NCBI GenBank assembly: GCA_977020255.1
Contig: CDROCS010003649.1
Span: forward strand, 62,001-126,000
Direction: 5' to 3'
Source of the DNA: Obrimoposthia wandeli
Taxonomy: Eukaryota
Length of the DNA: 64,000 bases
This document shows positions 1-9,766 of this stretch, in pieces (the first letter of the stretch is position 1; each line of letters begins with the position of its first letter). The translations under genes and the position numbers were made by a program. Below the pieces are notes generated by a model. It did not search any database, had not been told where the DNA came from, and saw nothing but the letters and a program-made list of their open reading frames with translations.

Positions 1-1
1 C

Positions 2-811
2 GAAAAAGCGCCAGAGCTTGCTACCATTTACGGTACCAAAATACTCATGGCATTAGTGATCTTTCTCGTTGGTAAATACATTGCCAATGTGATGAAAAAA
101 ATAACCTCGGGCTTATTAATAAAACGTAATATTGATAAAACCGTTGCGTCTTTTATTGGTAACATAGCTTGGAGTGTGGTGTTTGCTTTCACCGTGATCG
201 CAACACTAAGTCAGTTTGGTGTACAAACTGCATCACTGGTTGCTGTTATTGGTGCTGCTGGTTTGGCCGTGGGTCTTGCGCTACAAGGTTCATTATCGAA
301 TTTTGCCGCAGGTGTATTAATCGTTATCTTCCGCCCTTGTCGTATCGGTGATTACATCGAAGCTGCAGGCGTATCAGGTACCGTTGATGAAATTACTATT
401 TTCTCTACTCGTTTAATCACGCCTGATAATAAAGTAATTATTGCACCAAATGCAGCAATCATGGATGGCACAATCACTAACTATTCAGCGTTAGGTAAAC
501 GTCGTTTAGATCTTGTGGTTGGCGTATCGTATGACGCTGACATTAAGCAAACTAAAGCAATCTTAACAGCAGTAATCGAAAACAATGAATTTACTTTAGA
601 AGATCCTGAACACACTGTGGGTATTTTAGAATTAGCTGATTCATCGGTTAACTTCGCAGTACGCCCTTGGGTTAAAACTGCAGATTACTGGGGCGCTTAC
701 TTTAGCATGCAAGAAGAGCTAAAATTAGCCCTTGATGCGGCAGGTATTGCTATCCCTTATCCACAATTAGATTTGCATGTACAAGGCAACCCAACGCCAC
801 CAGCAAGCTAA
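2..811 (+). CDS. mscS: Small-conductance mechanosensitive channel MscS (5' end probably upstream of the window)
   Basis: GAAGLAVGLALQGSLSNFAAG TM3 motif; the frame is open from base 2 (EKAPELATIYGTKILM...), so the ATG at 47 is probably internal. Confidence 0.9.
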   Translation, partial: EKAPELATIYGTKILMALVIFLVGKYIANVMKKITSGLLIKRNIDKTVASFIGNIAWSVVFAFTVIATLSQFGVQTASLVAVIGAAGLAVGLALQGSLSNFAAGVLIVIFRPCRIGDYIEAAGVSGTVDEITIFSTRLITPDNKVIIAPNAAIMDGTITNYSALGKRRLDLVVGVSYDADIKQTKAILTAVIENNEFTLEDPEHTVGILELADSSVNFAVRPWVKTADYWGAYFSMQEELKLALDAAGIAIPYPQLDLHVQGNPTPPAS

Positions 812-833
812 TTGCATATAATAAATAGTGTAT

Positions 834-866
834 AAAAATGGGAGCCATTGTGGCTCCCATTTTTTT
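834..866 (+). terminator. Intrinsic terminator, probably bidirectional, between mscS and the efflux operon
   Basis: aaaaatgggagcca-ttg-tggctcccattttttt. Confidence 0.8.
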
Positions 867-888
867 ATTCACTTTTTATTAATTGCCT

Positions 889-2085
889 TTATTCAATACT
901 TTCTGATTCAGCACTCAACCTATTAGGTCTGTATAACCGCTGTTTATAATAAATCAGGATGATTGCTAATAGCCCATAACCCAATGTTTGCATTAACAGT
1001 TGCGTTTGAAAATGGCTGACCATCTCAAAACTTGCGCCCATTTGGTTTAATTGCAACAAACCTTGAATCGCAGCAGTGCTCGGGAATAATTGTGATATCG
1101 CCACCAGCCAAGTCGGGATCTCACTTATCGGCCAAATAAAACCACTGGTGAATAATACGGGCATCGAGCTAAGCAGAATAACTTGCGTCGCCGTTTCAGC
1201 TTGGTTATATAACTGCCCTAACGCCACACCCAGACAAACAACCGCCAATAAGAATGGTACTAATAACTTAAGTATATCCCACGCTGCTGCGAGTCGATTG
1301 ACCCCGTAAAAATCCAATGCAAAACCAAAATAATACAAGCTAAACACCAGATATAACCCTAGGAAAACCAGTCCCCGTGCCAGTAATAACAAGGTCGGTG
1401 ATGCAGTTAACCAATAACCCTGCTCTTTTGCCCTTGAGCGTTCATTTTGACTCGCCGATAAAATGCCGCTAACAATGAGTAATGTTTGCTGCAAAATCAA
1501 AATAAACACCGCAGGTACTACGTAATCTAAATACCCATTTACCTGATTAAATACCGGCTGTAAGTTTAACGACGCAGGTTGCCACTGCTCTTTAGCTAAC
1601 AGGATACTTTCTGTATCGACCGTTAATCTCGCCACTTTAATCTGTGCAGACAAAGTGCCACCCGCTTTGAGAATACCCGATGTGATCGTTGAGTAAGTCA
1701 TGAAATAACTGGCATCACCACCGAGTGATAAGTTCACCGGTTTTTTCATCAACAGATCACGACGAAAATGCTTAGGGATAACTAAGAAACCTTTTATTTT
1801 CCCTTGTTCAATTAACGCCTCGGCATCACGTACTGAATCAACCTGACCAGTAATGTGTGCATCTGGCGTCGCGTTCACCATACGGATCAACTCACGACTC
1901 ACCGAGCTGCGGTCATAATCAATCACCACAATTTCGGCGTCTCTTGATACCTGTTGAGAATATGGCAGCGGGTACAAGATAGAATACATAATGATGCCAC
2001 CGAACATGGTCAATAAAATACTACGATCAGCAAAAATACTTTTAATTTCGAGCACAACAAGTGCTAAGAATTTATTCATCTGCAT
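889..2085 (-). CDS. ABC-2 family permease (YbhR/YhhJ-like)
   Basis: N-terminal TM, periplasmic domain with VIDYDRSSVSRELIRMV, 5-6 C-terminal TMs, LFTSGFIWP motif. Confidence 0.85.
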   Translation of the reverse strand: MQMNKFLALVVLEIKSIFADRSILLTMFGGIIMYSILYPLPYSQQVSRDAEIVVIDYDRSSVSRELIRMVNATPDAHITGQVDSVRDAEALIEQGKIKGFLVIPKHFRRDLLMKKPVNLSLGGDASYFMTYSTITSGILKAGGTLSAQIKVARLTVDTESILLAKEQWQPASLNLQPVFNQVNGYLDYVVPAVFILILQQTLLIVSGILSASQNERSRAKEQGYWLTASPTLLLLARGLVFLGLYLVFSLYYFGFALDFYGVNRLAAAWDILKLLVPFLLAVVCLGVALGQLYNQAETATQVILLSSMPVLFTSGFIWPISEIPTWLVAISQLFPSTAAIQGLLQLNQMGASFEMVSHFQTQLLMQTLGYGLLAIILIYYKQRLYRPNRLSAESESIE

Positions 2086-3304
2086 GCCCTACTGACTTCT
2101 GATTATTCGCAACCAAGTTCTGACTATGCGCAACTAGCAATGCCTTATCACGGTGACCCTTAATACGTGCTATCGCGATCCCGAAGGTTAATGTAAACAA
2201 CCCTAGCGCCAACAATTGCGGCAATAACACCGTAAAGCTCTGACCGTAATTAACCTGGCCAATCTGTAACTGCATATAATGGGTGATAGGTAATAATGCT
2301 CGCCATATCTGCGCCAGCTGTGGCATGCTTTCAGCAGGGAATGTCACCCCGATAAAAGCAAATGCAGGGGCTGAATACGCCGCGCCCATACTAATTGCCT
2401 GCGTTAGATTCATCGTCAATGTGAAGATAAATAATGCTACAGCCTGCCCAGCTAATACGCCCATCACCAGTATCAGTAATAAATATCCCCAGTTACCCTG
2501 CATCGGCATACTCAAGTAACCGTAGAAGAAACTCAGAAACAACAAACCATGCACAACGGATAACAAGGTATAAGGTAATAATTTACCTATCACGGCACTA
2601 GTAACAACGCCATCTGCTCGCTGAAACCAACTAGCTTGGCTATTGTTTTTATATTCAGAACCAAACGCCAGTAATACTGATACCAACACAAAAATCTGCC
2701 ATAACGCCGGTACCGCCGCCATCACCAAAAATGGCACATAGTTCGTAGATACATTATAGAGAGGGTTTACTTGCGTCGAGATCGGGGCTACCGAGCCTTT
2801 AATAAGCGCGAGATGACCACCCGTTGCCAGTGTTTTTACCGCATCAATTTGGGCAGTGAAAGTAGCAAAGGTTTTCGCCATATTCGACGAGACTAATTTA
2901 CCAATTAACACATACTGCGCATTGTAAAAAGTACTGACTTCTGGCGTCATCGCCAAATAGATCTGTTTCTCGAACCCACGTGGTATTTGCACGACAGCAT
3001 AGACTTCACCACGCTGCATTAACGCTTTACCTTCGGCAAGGTTAGTCAACTGACTCGTCACAGCAAGCGCTGGATTTGCATCAATAAAACGCACTAAACT
3101 ACGTGATGATTGGCTGTGGTCTTGATCGACAACCGCCACCGCCAGATCGCGTGGAATGCCTTGCGAGAAAATAGCGTAGATCAAGAACATGCAAGCTAAT
3201 GGCAGCCAAGTCACTAGTGATAATTGCCATTTAGATGCCAATATCAACTTGTTCTCTCGTTGCCAAACAGCTTTGATTTGCTTAATGAATGAACTCATCA
3301 TCAA
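2072..3304 (-). CDS. ABC-2 family permease (YbhS-like)
   Basis: VAVVDQDHSQSSRSLVRFIDA and FAFIGVTFPAESMP motifs; same architecture as its neighbour. Confidence 0.85.
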   Translation of the reverse strand: MMMSSFIKQIKAVWQRENKLILASKWQLSLVTWLPLACMFLIYAIFSQGIPRDLAVAVVDQDHSQSSRSLVRFIDANPALAVTSQLTNLAEGKALMQRGEVYAVVQIPRGFEKQIYLAMTPEVSTFYNAQYVLIGKLVSSNMAKTFATFTAQIDAVKTLATGGHLALIKGSVAPISTQVNPLYNVSTNYVPFLVMAAVPALWQIFVLVSVLLAFGSEYKNNSQASWFQRADGVVTSAVIGKLLPYTLLSVVHGLLFLSFFYGYLSMPMQGNWGYLLLILVMGVLAGQAVALFIFTLTMNLTQAISMGAAYSAPAFAFIGVTFPAESMPQLAQIWRALLPITHYMQLQIGQVNYGQSFTVLLPQLLALGLFTLTFGIAIARIKGHRDKALLVAHSQNLVANNQKSVGHADE

Positions 3305-3310
3305 ACCAAC

Positions 3311-4309
3311 TTACTGTGCTGTAACTGACGGTGCCAGCTCGACAATAACACTCATGCCCACACGCAGATCAGCAATCGGCTTAACCGGTCTTGCTTCAAT
3401 CTCAAACGTGCGTAAATCAAAGCCTTTAGCATTATCAGTCGAACGCCAAGTCGCGTAATCTCCCATCACTGCAATATGCGTCACTTCATACTGGAAATTC
3501 GCATCACCAATCGCTGGGATACGCGCAGTTAATAGCGTGCCTTTTTTCAATCTTGGTAATAAATCTTCGCGGATATTAAATACCGCCCAACTATCGTTAA
3601 TATCGACAATACTCACCACAGGAAAACCGGTCGGCGCTAACTCACCTTCTTTCAATAAGATTTGTACTACCTCACCATCACGCAAAGCATATTGTTTAGT
3701 ATCTTTGGTATAAGATTCGACTTCCGCTACTACACCTTCAGCCATGCGTTCTTGTTCAATAGCCGCTTGCTTAGTTTCTTTACGCGCGCCTTCTTTGGCC
3801 ATTTGGTAGCCTTGATAAGCGGCATTTTGAGTATATTTCGACGCTTGCCATTTGGTATATACCTCATCACGTTTTTGCTCTGGTAATACCCCATCATTAT
3901 AAAGATTATCAACACGCTGATAGGTTTTCTCCATCAACTGTGCAGCGGCTTGCGCTTTTTTCCATTGATCTTTAGCAGCGATAATTTGCTGTTCACGGGC
4001 ACCAGTTTCAGCTTGTTCACGCATCGCGGTAGCTGCGGAACGCCCTGCTTTTGCTTGCACCAGTTTGGCATCTAATTCTGGACTCGCTAACGAAAATATC
4101 AACTGCCCTTGGCTCACTTGCTCACCTTTTTTCACATCCACAGAGGCAATACGTCCAGGGATCTTAGAAGAAACATTATATTCCTCGGCTTCAATCTGAC
4201 CTTGTAACAAAATATTTTTCGGCTCGTAGGCCTTATTGAATTCAAATACTAACCAGCCAATAACAACTAAGACGACTACCGCAATGATGCCTTTTTTAAC
4301 GTTACTCAT
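3311..4309 (-). CDS. HlyD-family membrane fusion protein
   Basis: N-terminal anchor, lipoyl-like VSSKIPGRIASVDVKKGEQVSQGQL, coiled coil, beta-barrel. Confidence 0.9.
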   Translation of the reverse strand: MSNVKKGIIAVVVLVVIGWLVFEFNKAYEPKNILLQGQIEAEEYNVSSKIPGRIASVDVKKGEQVSQGQLIFSLASPELDAKLVQAKAGRSAATAMREQAETGAREQQIIAAKDQWKKAQAAAQLMEKTYQRVDNLYNDGVLPEQKRDEVYTKWQASKYTQNAAYQGYQMAKEGARKETKQAAIEQERMAEGVVAEVESYTKDTKQYALRDGEVVQILLKEGELAPTGFPVVSIVDINDSWAVFNIREDLLPRLKKGTLLTARIPAIGDANFQYEVTHIAVMGDYATWRSTDNAKGFDLRTFEIEARPVKPIADLRVGMSVIVELAPSVTAQ

Positions 4310-5680
4310 TTATTTAACCTCGATACCATTGATTTGTAGATAGTCCATGAAGCGATCAATATCGCCACTCACAGATAATAATTGTGCCAGTGATTTTACG
4401 TAGTTATAACTTGCAGACAGGCGCTGAACTCGAATACTAGTGGCATATAGTTGTGAATCAGCCACTTCCAGTGAGGTAGATAAACCTTGGCTAAATGCTT
4501 TTTGACGCAGTACCACCGTTTCTTCAGACAATGCTTGGCTTGATGCCAATGAGTTATATTCTTCTAATGCCTGACTCATCTCGGCATAGGTTTTTTCGAC
4601 TAAAATCGATAAATCTTGCTGCATTTGCATTTGTAATAGATTGACCTGACGTACCGAACTTTTTGCGGCCACAACTTCTTGTGATGTACCAGAACGCTCT
4701 ATAATCGGAATACGCACACCAACGCCCACCATCCATTCTGGTAATAACTCACCCGTTGCAGAATCATCGGTATATAAATTATAATTACCGTATAGCATCA
4801 CCTCTGGTAAATGTTTGGCCGACGCCATATCTACCATGCCTTTAGCTTGTTCGCGCTTGGCATTTAAGATGGCGATGCCTGGATGATCGCTTAAGGTTTT
4901 AGCTAAATATGGTGTTACCGAGGTGACACTGTTATTTACAAATAGCGGTGTCGTCGGCAGTACTGACTCTTGCTGTTTGAGCATTTTGGTTAGCGCTAAT
5001 TTAGCAATTTCATAATCACGTAATGATTTTTGCGCTTCAATTTGCGCCTTGTCTAACGATACCTGCGCCATCAAACGTTCGACTTTCGCAATCTGACCTT
5101 GCTGTTCAAATTTCACCGCATGATTTAAGTGATCAGCTAACGCATCCACCGCATCCAGACGTACTTGATAGACTTGTTCTGCTAACACCACACCAAAATA
5201 ATATTGTACCAACTGAGTAAAGGTCGCTCGCGTAGCTAAATTATAATTACTTTGCGCTTCGTCTACTTGTGCTTGACGAATATCTTGCGCCGCAGTAATA
5301 CGACCACCCGTGTATACAGGTAATACCGCATTCAATGACGAATGGGCAAAGTTTTGATTGGTTAAGGGGATACCATTAGGAATTAAACCAGCTAAGCCTG
5401 CTAACGGTGTACCATTTAATTGCGCTCCCACCCCTGATGTATCTATTTCTATCGGTTTGTCAAAATGAGTATACGAACCAGTAATATCGACATTCGGTAA
5501 ATACAGCGACTTTGCTGCATCTTGTAAGGCTTCCGAATATTTTACTTCTTCTTTCTTTGCCAGCAGCGCATCATTTTTCTGTGCTACTTGATACCAAGCT
5601 TCAGAAAAACCAATCCCAGCAGCTTGCACATTACAACTCAATGCAATCGCCGTTATTACACCATAAAAAACTATTTTCAT
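4310..5680 (-). CDS. TolC-family outer membrane efflux protein
   Basis: Signal peptide, two OEP repeats (YLPNVDITGSY; HLPEVMLYGNY), first gene of the operon. Confidence 0.9.
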   Translation of the reverse strand: MKIVFYGVITAIALSCNVQAAGIGFSEAWYQVAQKNDALLAKKEEVKYSEALQDAAKSLYLPNVDITGSYTHFDKPIEIDTSGVGAQLNGTPLAGLAGLIPNGIPLTNQNFAHSSLNAVLPVYTGGRITAAQDIRQAQVDEAQSNYNLATRATFTQLVQYYFGVVLAEQVYQVRLDAVDALADHLNHAVKFEQQGQIAKVERLMAQVSLDKAQIEAQKSLRDYEIAKLALTKMLKQQESVLPTTPLFVNNSVTSVTPYLAKTLSDHPGIAILNAKREQAKGMVDMASAKHLPEVMLYGNYNLYTDDSATGELLPEWMVGVGVRIPIIERSGTSQEVVAAKSSVRQVNLLQMQMQQDLSILVEKTYAEMSQALEEYNSLASSQALSEETVVLRQKAFSQGLSTSLEVADSQLYATSIRVQRLSASYNYVKSLAQLLSVSGDIDRFMDYLQINGIEVK

Positions 5681-6094
5681 TATTTATTCCTAAGAGCACG
5701 CCGTAGTGGAATACGTTATTCATATAAATATAGCAACGAACTAAGCTATTCATATCAAATAATTAAACAGCGATGGATAATATTGTCAATAACTGCACAC
5801 AACGTCATGTTTATATTCCAACAGCCTTAATTAGAGCTTATACTCTAAAAATGGCGCAGTAAAAACGTCTTTGCGTGACCAAAACCGAATGATAGCGCAT
5901 AAATTTATCGAGAACTACGTCAAAGTTAGACTAATTTTAATAACAGCTCGCTAACAAACGCTTAATTAGAGGTCTTCATTAGACAAGGTCTACATAATAA
6001 AAACTGTAAATTTGCATTTAATTACCATTAACCGATGGTGTCTTATGGCTTAGATGCGTACAATTACGCCCACGAAATCACAGAGAGAAAATCG

Positions 6095-6976
6095 ATGTCT
6101 TGGATCCAATTAAAAATTAATGCTAACGAAGAAACAGCTGAGAAGATAGGCAACATGCTGTCTGGCGCTGGGGCAAGTGCTGTCACATTCATGGACTCAC
6201 AAGATACCCCTATCTTTGAACCATTACCGGGTGAAACTCTGCTTTGGGGTGATACCGATGTAACGGGTTTGTTTGAAGCCGATAAAGACATGCAGCCAAT
6301 CTTAGCTTTCTTAGCAAAAACCAAGGTATTAGGTCCAGATTTTCGCTACAAGTTAGAAATATTAGAAGATAAAGACTGGGAACGCGAATGGATGGAAAAC
6401 TTCCACCCAATGCAGTTTGGCGAACGTTTATGGATCTGCCCAAGCTGGCGTCCAGTACCGGATGAAAATGCGGTAAACGTGATGCTTGATCCAGGCCTAG
6501 CATTTGGTACTGGTACTCACCAAACAACAGCATTGTGTCTTCAGTGGCTAGATGGCCAAGACCTCGAAGGCAAAACGGTTGTCGATTTTGGTTGTGGTTC
6601 AGGCATTCTAGCAATCGCAGCACTTAAATTAGGTGCTAAACGTGTTATCGGTGTTGATATCGATCCACAAGCGATTCTAGCAAGCCGTGATAACGCTGAA
6701 CGTAATGGCGTTGCCGACCAAATTGAATTGTATTTACCAGCCGATCAACCAGAAGGCATTAAAGCTGACGTGGTTGTCGCAAATATCCTAGCAGCACCGC
6801 TACGTGAACTATCTGGTCTTATCGTTAGCTTCTTAAATCCAGGCGGTAAAATCGCCTTGTCAGGTATTTTGGATCACCAGGCAGCAGAATTGAACGAAAT
6901 TTATCGTCAGCACTGCATCATGGAAGAACCAACGTTACGTGACGAATGGGCACGTTTAAACGGCCAAATTAAGTAA
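6095..6976 (+). CDS. prmA: Ribosomal protein L11 methyltransferase
   Basis: MSWIQLKI start after agagag; [12 protein letters not shown] and [14 protein letters not shown] motif; next to dusB-fis. Confidence 0.97.
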   Translation: MSWIQLKINANEETAEKIGNMLSGAGASAVTFMDSQDTPIFEPLPGETLLWGDTDVTGLFEADKDMQPILAFLAKTKVLGPDFRYKLEILEDKDWEREWMENFHPMQFGERLWICPSWRPVPDENAVNVMLDPGLAFGTGTHQTTALCLQWLDGQDLEGKTVVDFGCGSGILAIAALKLGAKRVIGVDIDPQAILASRDNAERNGVADQIELYLPADQPEGIKADVVVANILAAPLRELSGLIVSFLNPGGKIALSGILDHQAAELNEIYRQHCIMEEPTLRDEWARLNGQIK

Positions 6977-7243
6977 TATTACCCATACTGTTTAATCTAC
7001 AGAAACAAATTGAAAAATGAGGCTTGTGTAGATTAAATAAGCAGTAATCACGTAAAAAACGTGCGAACGGTAATTAATCAGGCTAAAATGCAAGCTATCT
7101 CAATTTCTCACTTAACCTTGGTGAAAATTGAATAATAAGCAATTTAGCTCGGTTATCTGTTGTTATAATTTGATTTAGAGGTGTTTTTTTGACTATTTGA
7201 TGATTTCAACTAAAAAAATATTCAATAGTCTAATTATTAACCT

Positions 7244-7279
7244 TTTAACTCGGGTGAAAACTGCGTAACATACGCCGCC
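7244..7279 (+). promoter_or_regulatory. Probable stringent-type dusB-fis promoter
   Basis: TAACAT -10 followed by GC-rich discriminator acgccgcc, resembling the E. coli fis promoter. Confidence 0.5.
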
Positions 7280-7302
7280 TTAGAGCAAACGAGCCGCAAC
7301 AG

Positions 7303-8268
7303 ATGAAAATAGGTCCTTATCTTCTGGATAACCAATTATTCTTGGCTCCGATGGCTGGTGTAACCGATCGTCCTTTCCGTCAACTTTGTCGTGAATTGGG
7401 TGTGGGTATGGCCGTGTCAGAGATGCTATCGAGTAACCCTCGAGTTTGGTCTTCAGAAAAATCGCTACAGCGCATGGATCATGCTGGCGAAACTGGTATC
7501 CGTTCTGTGCAAATAGCAGGAGCAGATCCAGCGTTGATGGCAGCAGCCGCGCAACATAATGTAAAAAATGGTGCGCAGATCATTGATATCAACATGGGTT
7601 GCCCAGCGAAAAAAGTAAATAAAAAATTCGCCGGTTCTGCATTGATGCAACACCCGGAACAAGTGAAACTGATTTTAGACGCGGTAGTAAACGCAGTCGA
7701 CATCCCAGTAACACTAAAGATACGTACTGGTTGGGATCCTGAAAATCGCAACGGTGTAGAGATAGCTAGAATCGCCGAGCAAGCTGGAATTCAAGCCCTC
7801 GCGGTTCATGGTCGTACTCGCGCTTGCCTGTACAAGGGCATGGCAGAATACGACACTATAAAAGCGATTAAAGCTAGCATTAGCATTCCTGTGATCGCAA
7901 ATGGTGATATTGATAGCCCAGAAAAAGCAAAACAGGTACTTGAGTATACAGGTGCAGACGGTCTGATGATCGGACGTCCAGCTCAGGGTAATCCTTGGAT
8001 TTTTCGGGAAATAAATCACTATCTTAAAACAGGTGAAAAATTACCCGTACCAACTGCTGACGAAGTTCGCCGAGTCATTTTGCAACATGTCGAAAACCTA
8101 CACCAGTTTTACGGTGAGTTTAAGGGCGTTCGATTTGCGCGCAAACACGTTGGTTGGTACATACAACACCAGACTGATGGTGTTGAGTTTCGTAAAAGCT
8201 TTAATGCATTGGATAGTTCAGCTGAACAACACCTTGCATTAATGAAATATTTTGATGATTTAAGCTAA
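7303..8268 (+). CDS. dusB: tRNA-dihydrouridine synthase B
   Basis: LAPMAGVTD, DINMGCP, HGRTR motifs; directly upstream of fis. Confidence 0.97.
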   Translation: MKIGPYLLDNQLFLAPMAGVTDRPFRQLCRELGVGMAVSEMLSSNPRVWSSEKSLQRMDHAGETGIRSVQIAGADPALMAAAAQHNVKNGAQIIDINMGCPAKKVNKKFAGSALMQHPEQVKLILDAVVNAVDIPVTLKIRTGWDPENRNGVEIARIAEQAGIQALAVHGRTRACLYKGMAEYDTIKAIKASISIPVIANGDIDSPEKAKQVLEYTGADGLMIGRPAQGNPWIFREINHYLKTGEKLPVPTADEVRRVILQHVENLHQFYGEFKGVRFARKHVGWYIQHQTDGVEFRKSFNALDSSAEQHLALMKYFDDLS

Positions 8269-8283
8269 CGAGAAGAGCAATAT

Positions 8284-8583
8284 ATGTTTGAACAAAATCT
8301 GGCTCCTAGTGCCTTAACAACTTCTGCAACCGTGCAACAAGCTGAGCAAATTGTACAGAAACCATTACGTGATTCTGTCCAACAAGCACTACGAAATTAC
8401 CTTGCACAATTAAATGGCCAAGACGTAGAAAACCTTTATGACTTGGTATTAGCAGAAGTTGAAGCGCCAATGCTAGATATCATTATGCAGTATACACGCG
8501 GTAACCAAACCCGTGCAGCTGTGATGATGGGCATCAACCGTGGTACTCTTCGGAAGAAACTAAAACGTTACGGCATGAACTAA
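8284..8583 (+). CDS. fis: Nucleoid protein Fis
   Basis: [33 protein letters not shown], near-identical to Fis. Confidence 0.98.
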   Translation: MFEQNLAPSALTTSATVQQAEQIVQKPLRDSVQQALRNYLAQLNGQDVENLYDLVLAEVEAPMLDIIMQYTRGNQTRAAVMMGINRGTLRKKLKRYGMN

Positions 8584-8609
8584 ACTTCATTGTCTTAATG
8601 TTATATAAC

Positions 8610-8647
8610 AAAAAGCCAGCCCTGAACTATCAGGGCTGGCTTTTTTT
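8610..8647 (+). terminator. Terminator after fis, probably bidirectional
   Basis: aaaaagccagccctga-acta-tcagggctggcttttttt. Confidence 0.85.
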
Positions 8648-8685
8648 ATACTCGAAATATAACGGTAACGCTCAAGGTTACATTA

Positions 8686-9681
8686 TTATTCCGGCGTTAA
8701 TACTTGATACACATAACCAGGTAACTCTGCATTTAACTTAACCGCGAGTCGCTGTTCTAACAATTGCTCGCTTTGTGCCGAGATTTTAAATGGCCAGCGT
8801 TTATTGGCAATGCTCTTATCACCATCCATGACATTTAAAACAATATTACCACGTAACCAATACCACGCCTGACGTTGCTCTGTCGCGCCTTTATCCAAGG
8901 TTAGTACTAATTTGTATTGGCTATCATCTTTAAGCTGTACGCCCACTTCAGCGGCGCCACTTTGCAAAGATAACAATGCTTGTTCATCCGTTGCAGACGT
9001 CGCAAACGATAATGCCGCTAAGCGTGTTTTAATCATCTGCGTTAAGGTTTCTACCGAATACACCACATTGACGTCATTGCCGGTCACAACACGCAGGTTA
9101 TTATTGTCATTTAAGCGCGTGATTTGACGCTCACGGGCACTTTCTAATGCGCTAAGGGCAATCAGTGGATTCGGTGCTTGTTGCTCAGCATACTTCACTG
9201 CGGCGCTAGTTTGTTCGTCTGCAGCTCGTATTGATTGCATGAACAACGCAGCGGCAGGTGCTTTCTTCATCACGGCGAGACTAGATTGCTGACCCGTCAG
9301 CGGATCTTGCCAGCGTTCTGCAATACTGGTGCCTTGTAATACTTGCTGGGCCTGAGTATTTACAAATCGCGATAAGGTTTGCTTGTTATCAACCTGACGA
9401 ATGGTCTTGCCGCTGACATTGCTCTGACTAATATTAGCTTCGCTAAAATCAATGCTTTCATCTGCAATTGATACTTCAAATATCTTGGCTAAATTAGCTA
9501 ATGCACGGTTATCGGCAACACTTGCGGTTTTTGCTTCACCAGAAGCGGTTAAATAAACGTTTTGAGGATAGCTAACATCAGCACCATCAAGCCAAGTTGG
9601 ACGTTCTGGTGTGCTACTACAAGCACTCAGTAAAATTGCTGCAGCAGAAATGATACTGGTGGAAAATAATTTATTGTTCAT
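8686..9681 (-). CDS. LPP20-family lipoprotein
   Basis: Likely start MNNKLFST; lipobox LLSAC; PTWL...YLTASG...ADNRALANLAKIFEV is LPP20-like. Confidence 0.7.
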   Translation of the reverse strand: MNNKLFSTSIISAAAILLSACSSTPERPTWLDGADVSYPQNVYLTASGEAKTASVADNRALANLAKIFEVSIADESIDFSEANISQSNVSGKTIRQVDNKQTLSRFVNTQAQQVLQGTSIAERWQDPLTGQQSSLAVMKKAPAAALFMQSIRAADEQTSAAVKYAEQQAPNPLIALSALESARERQITRLNDNNNLRVVTGNDVNVVYSVETLTQMIKTRLAALSFATSATDEQALLSLQSGAAEVGVQLKDDSQYKLVLTLDKGATEQRQAWYWLRGNIVLNVMDGDKSIANKRWPFKISAQSEQLLEQRLAVKLNAELPGYVYQVLTPE

Positions 9682-9766
9682 GTTGTCGAGTCCTGTAACA
9701 AACGAATAATGATGTGCCAGACCCCATCTGTGATTACGATGTTTCCTGGCAGTCATCAATAATTAA

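Noticed and set aside
6986-7046. Long imperfect AT-rich inverted repeat after prmA (tactgtttaatctac...gtagattaaataagcagta)
   Set aside because: Large loop and no U-tract; could be a weak terminator or stabiliser, nothing more supportable
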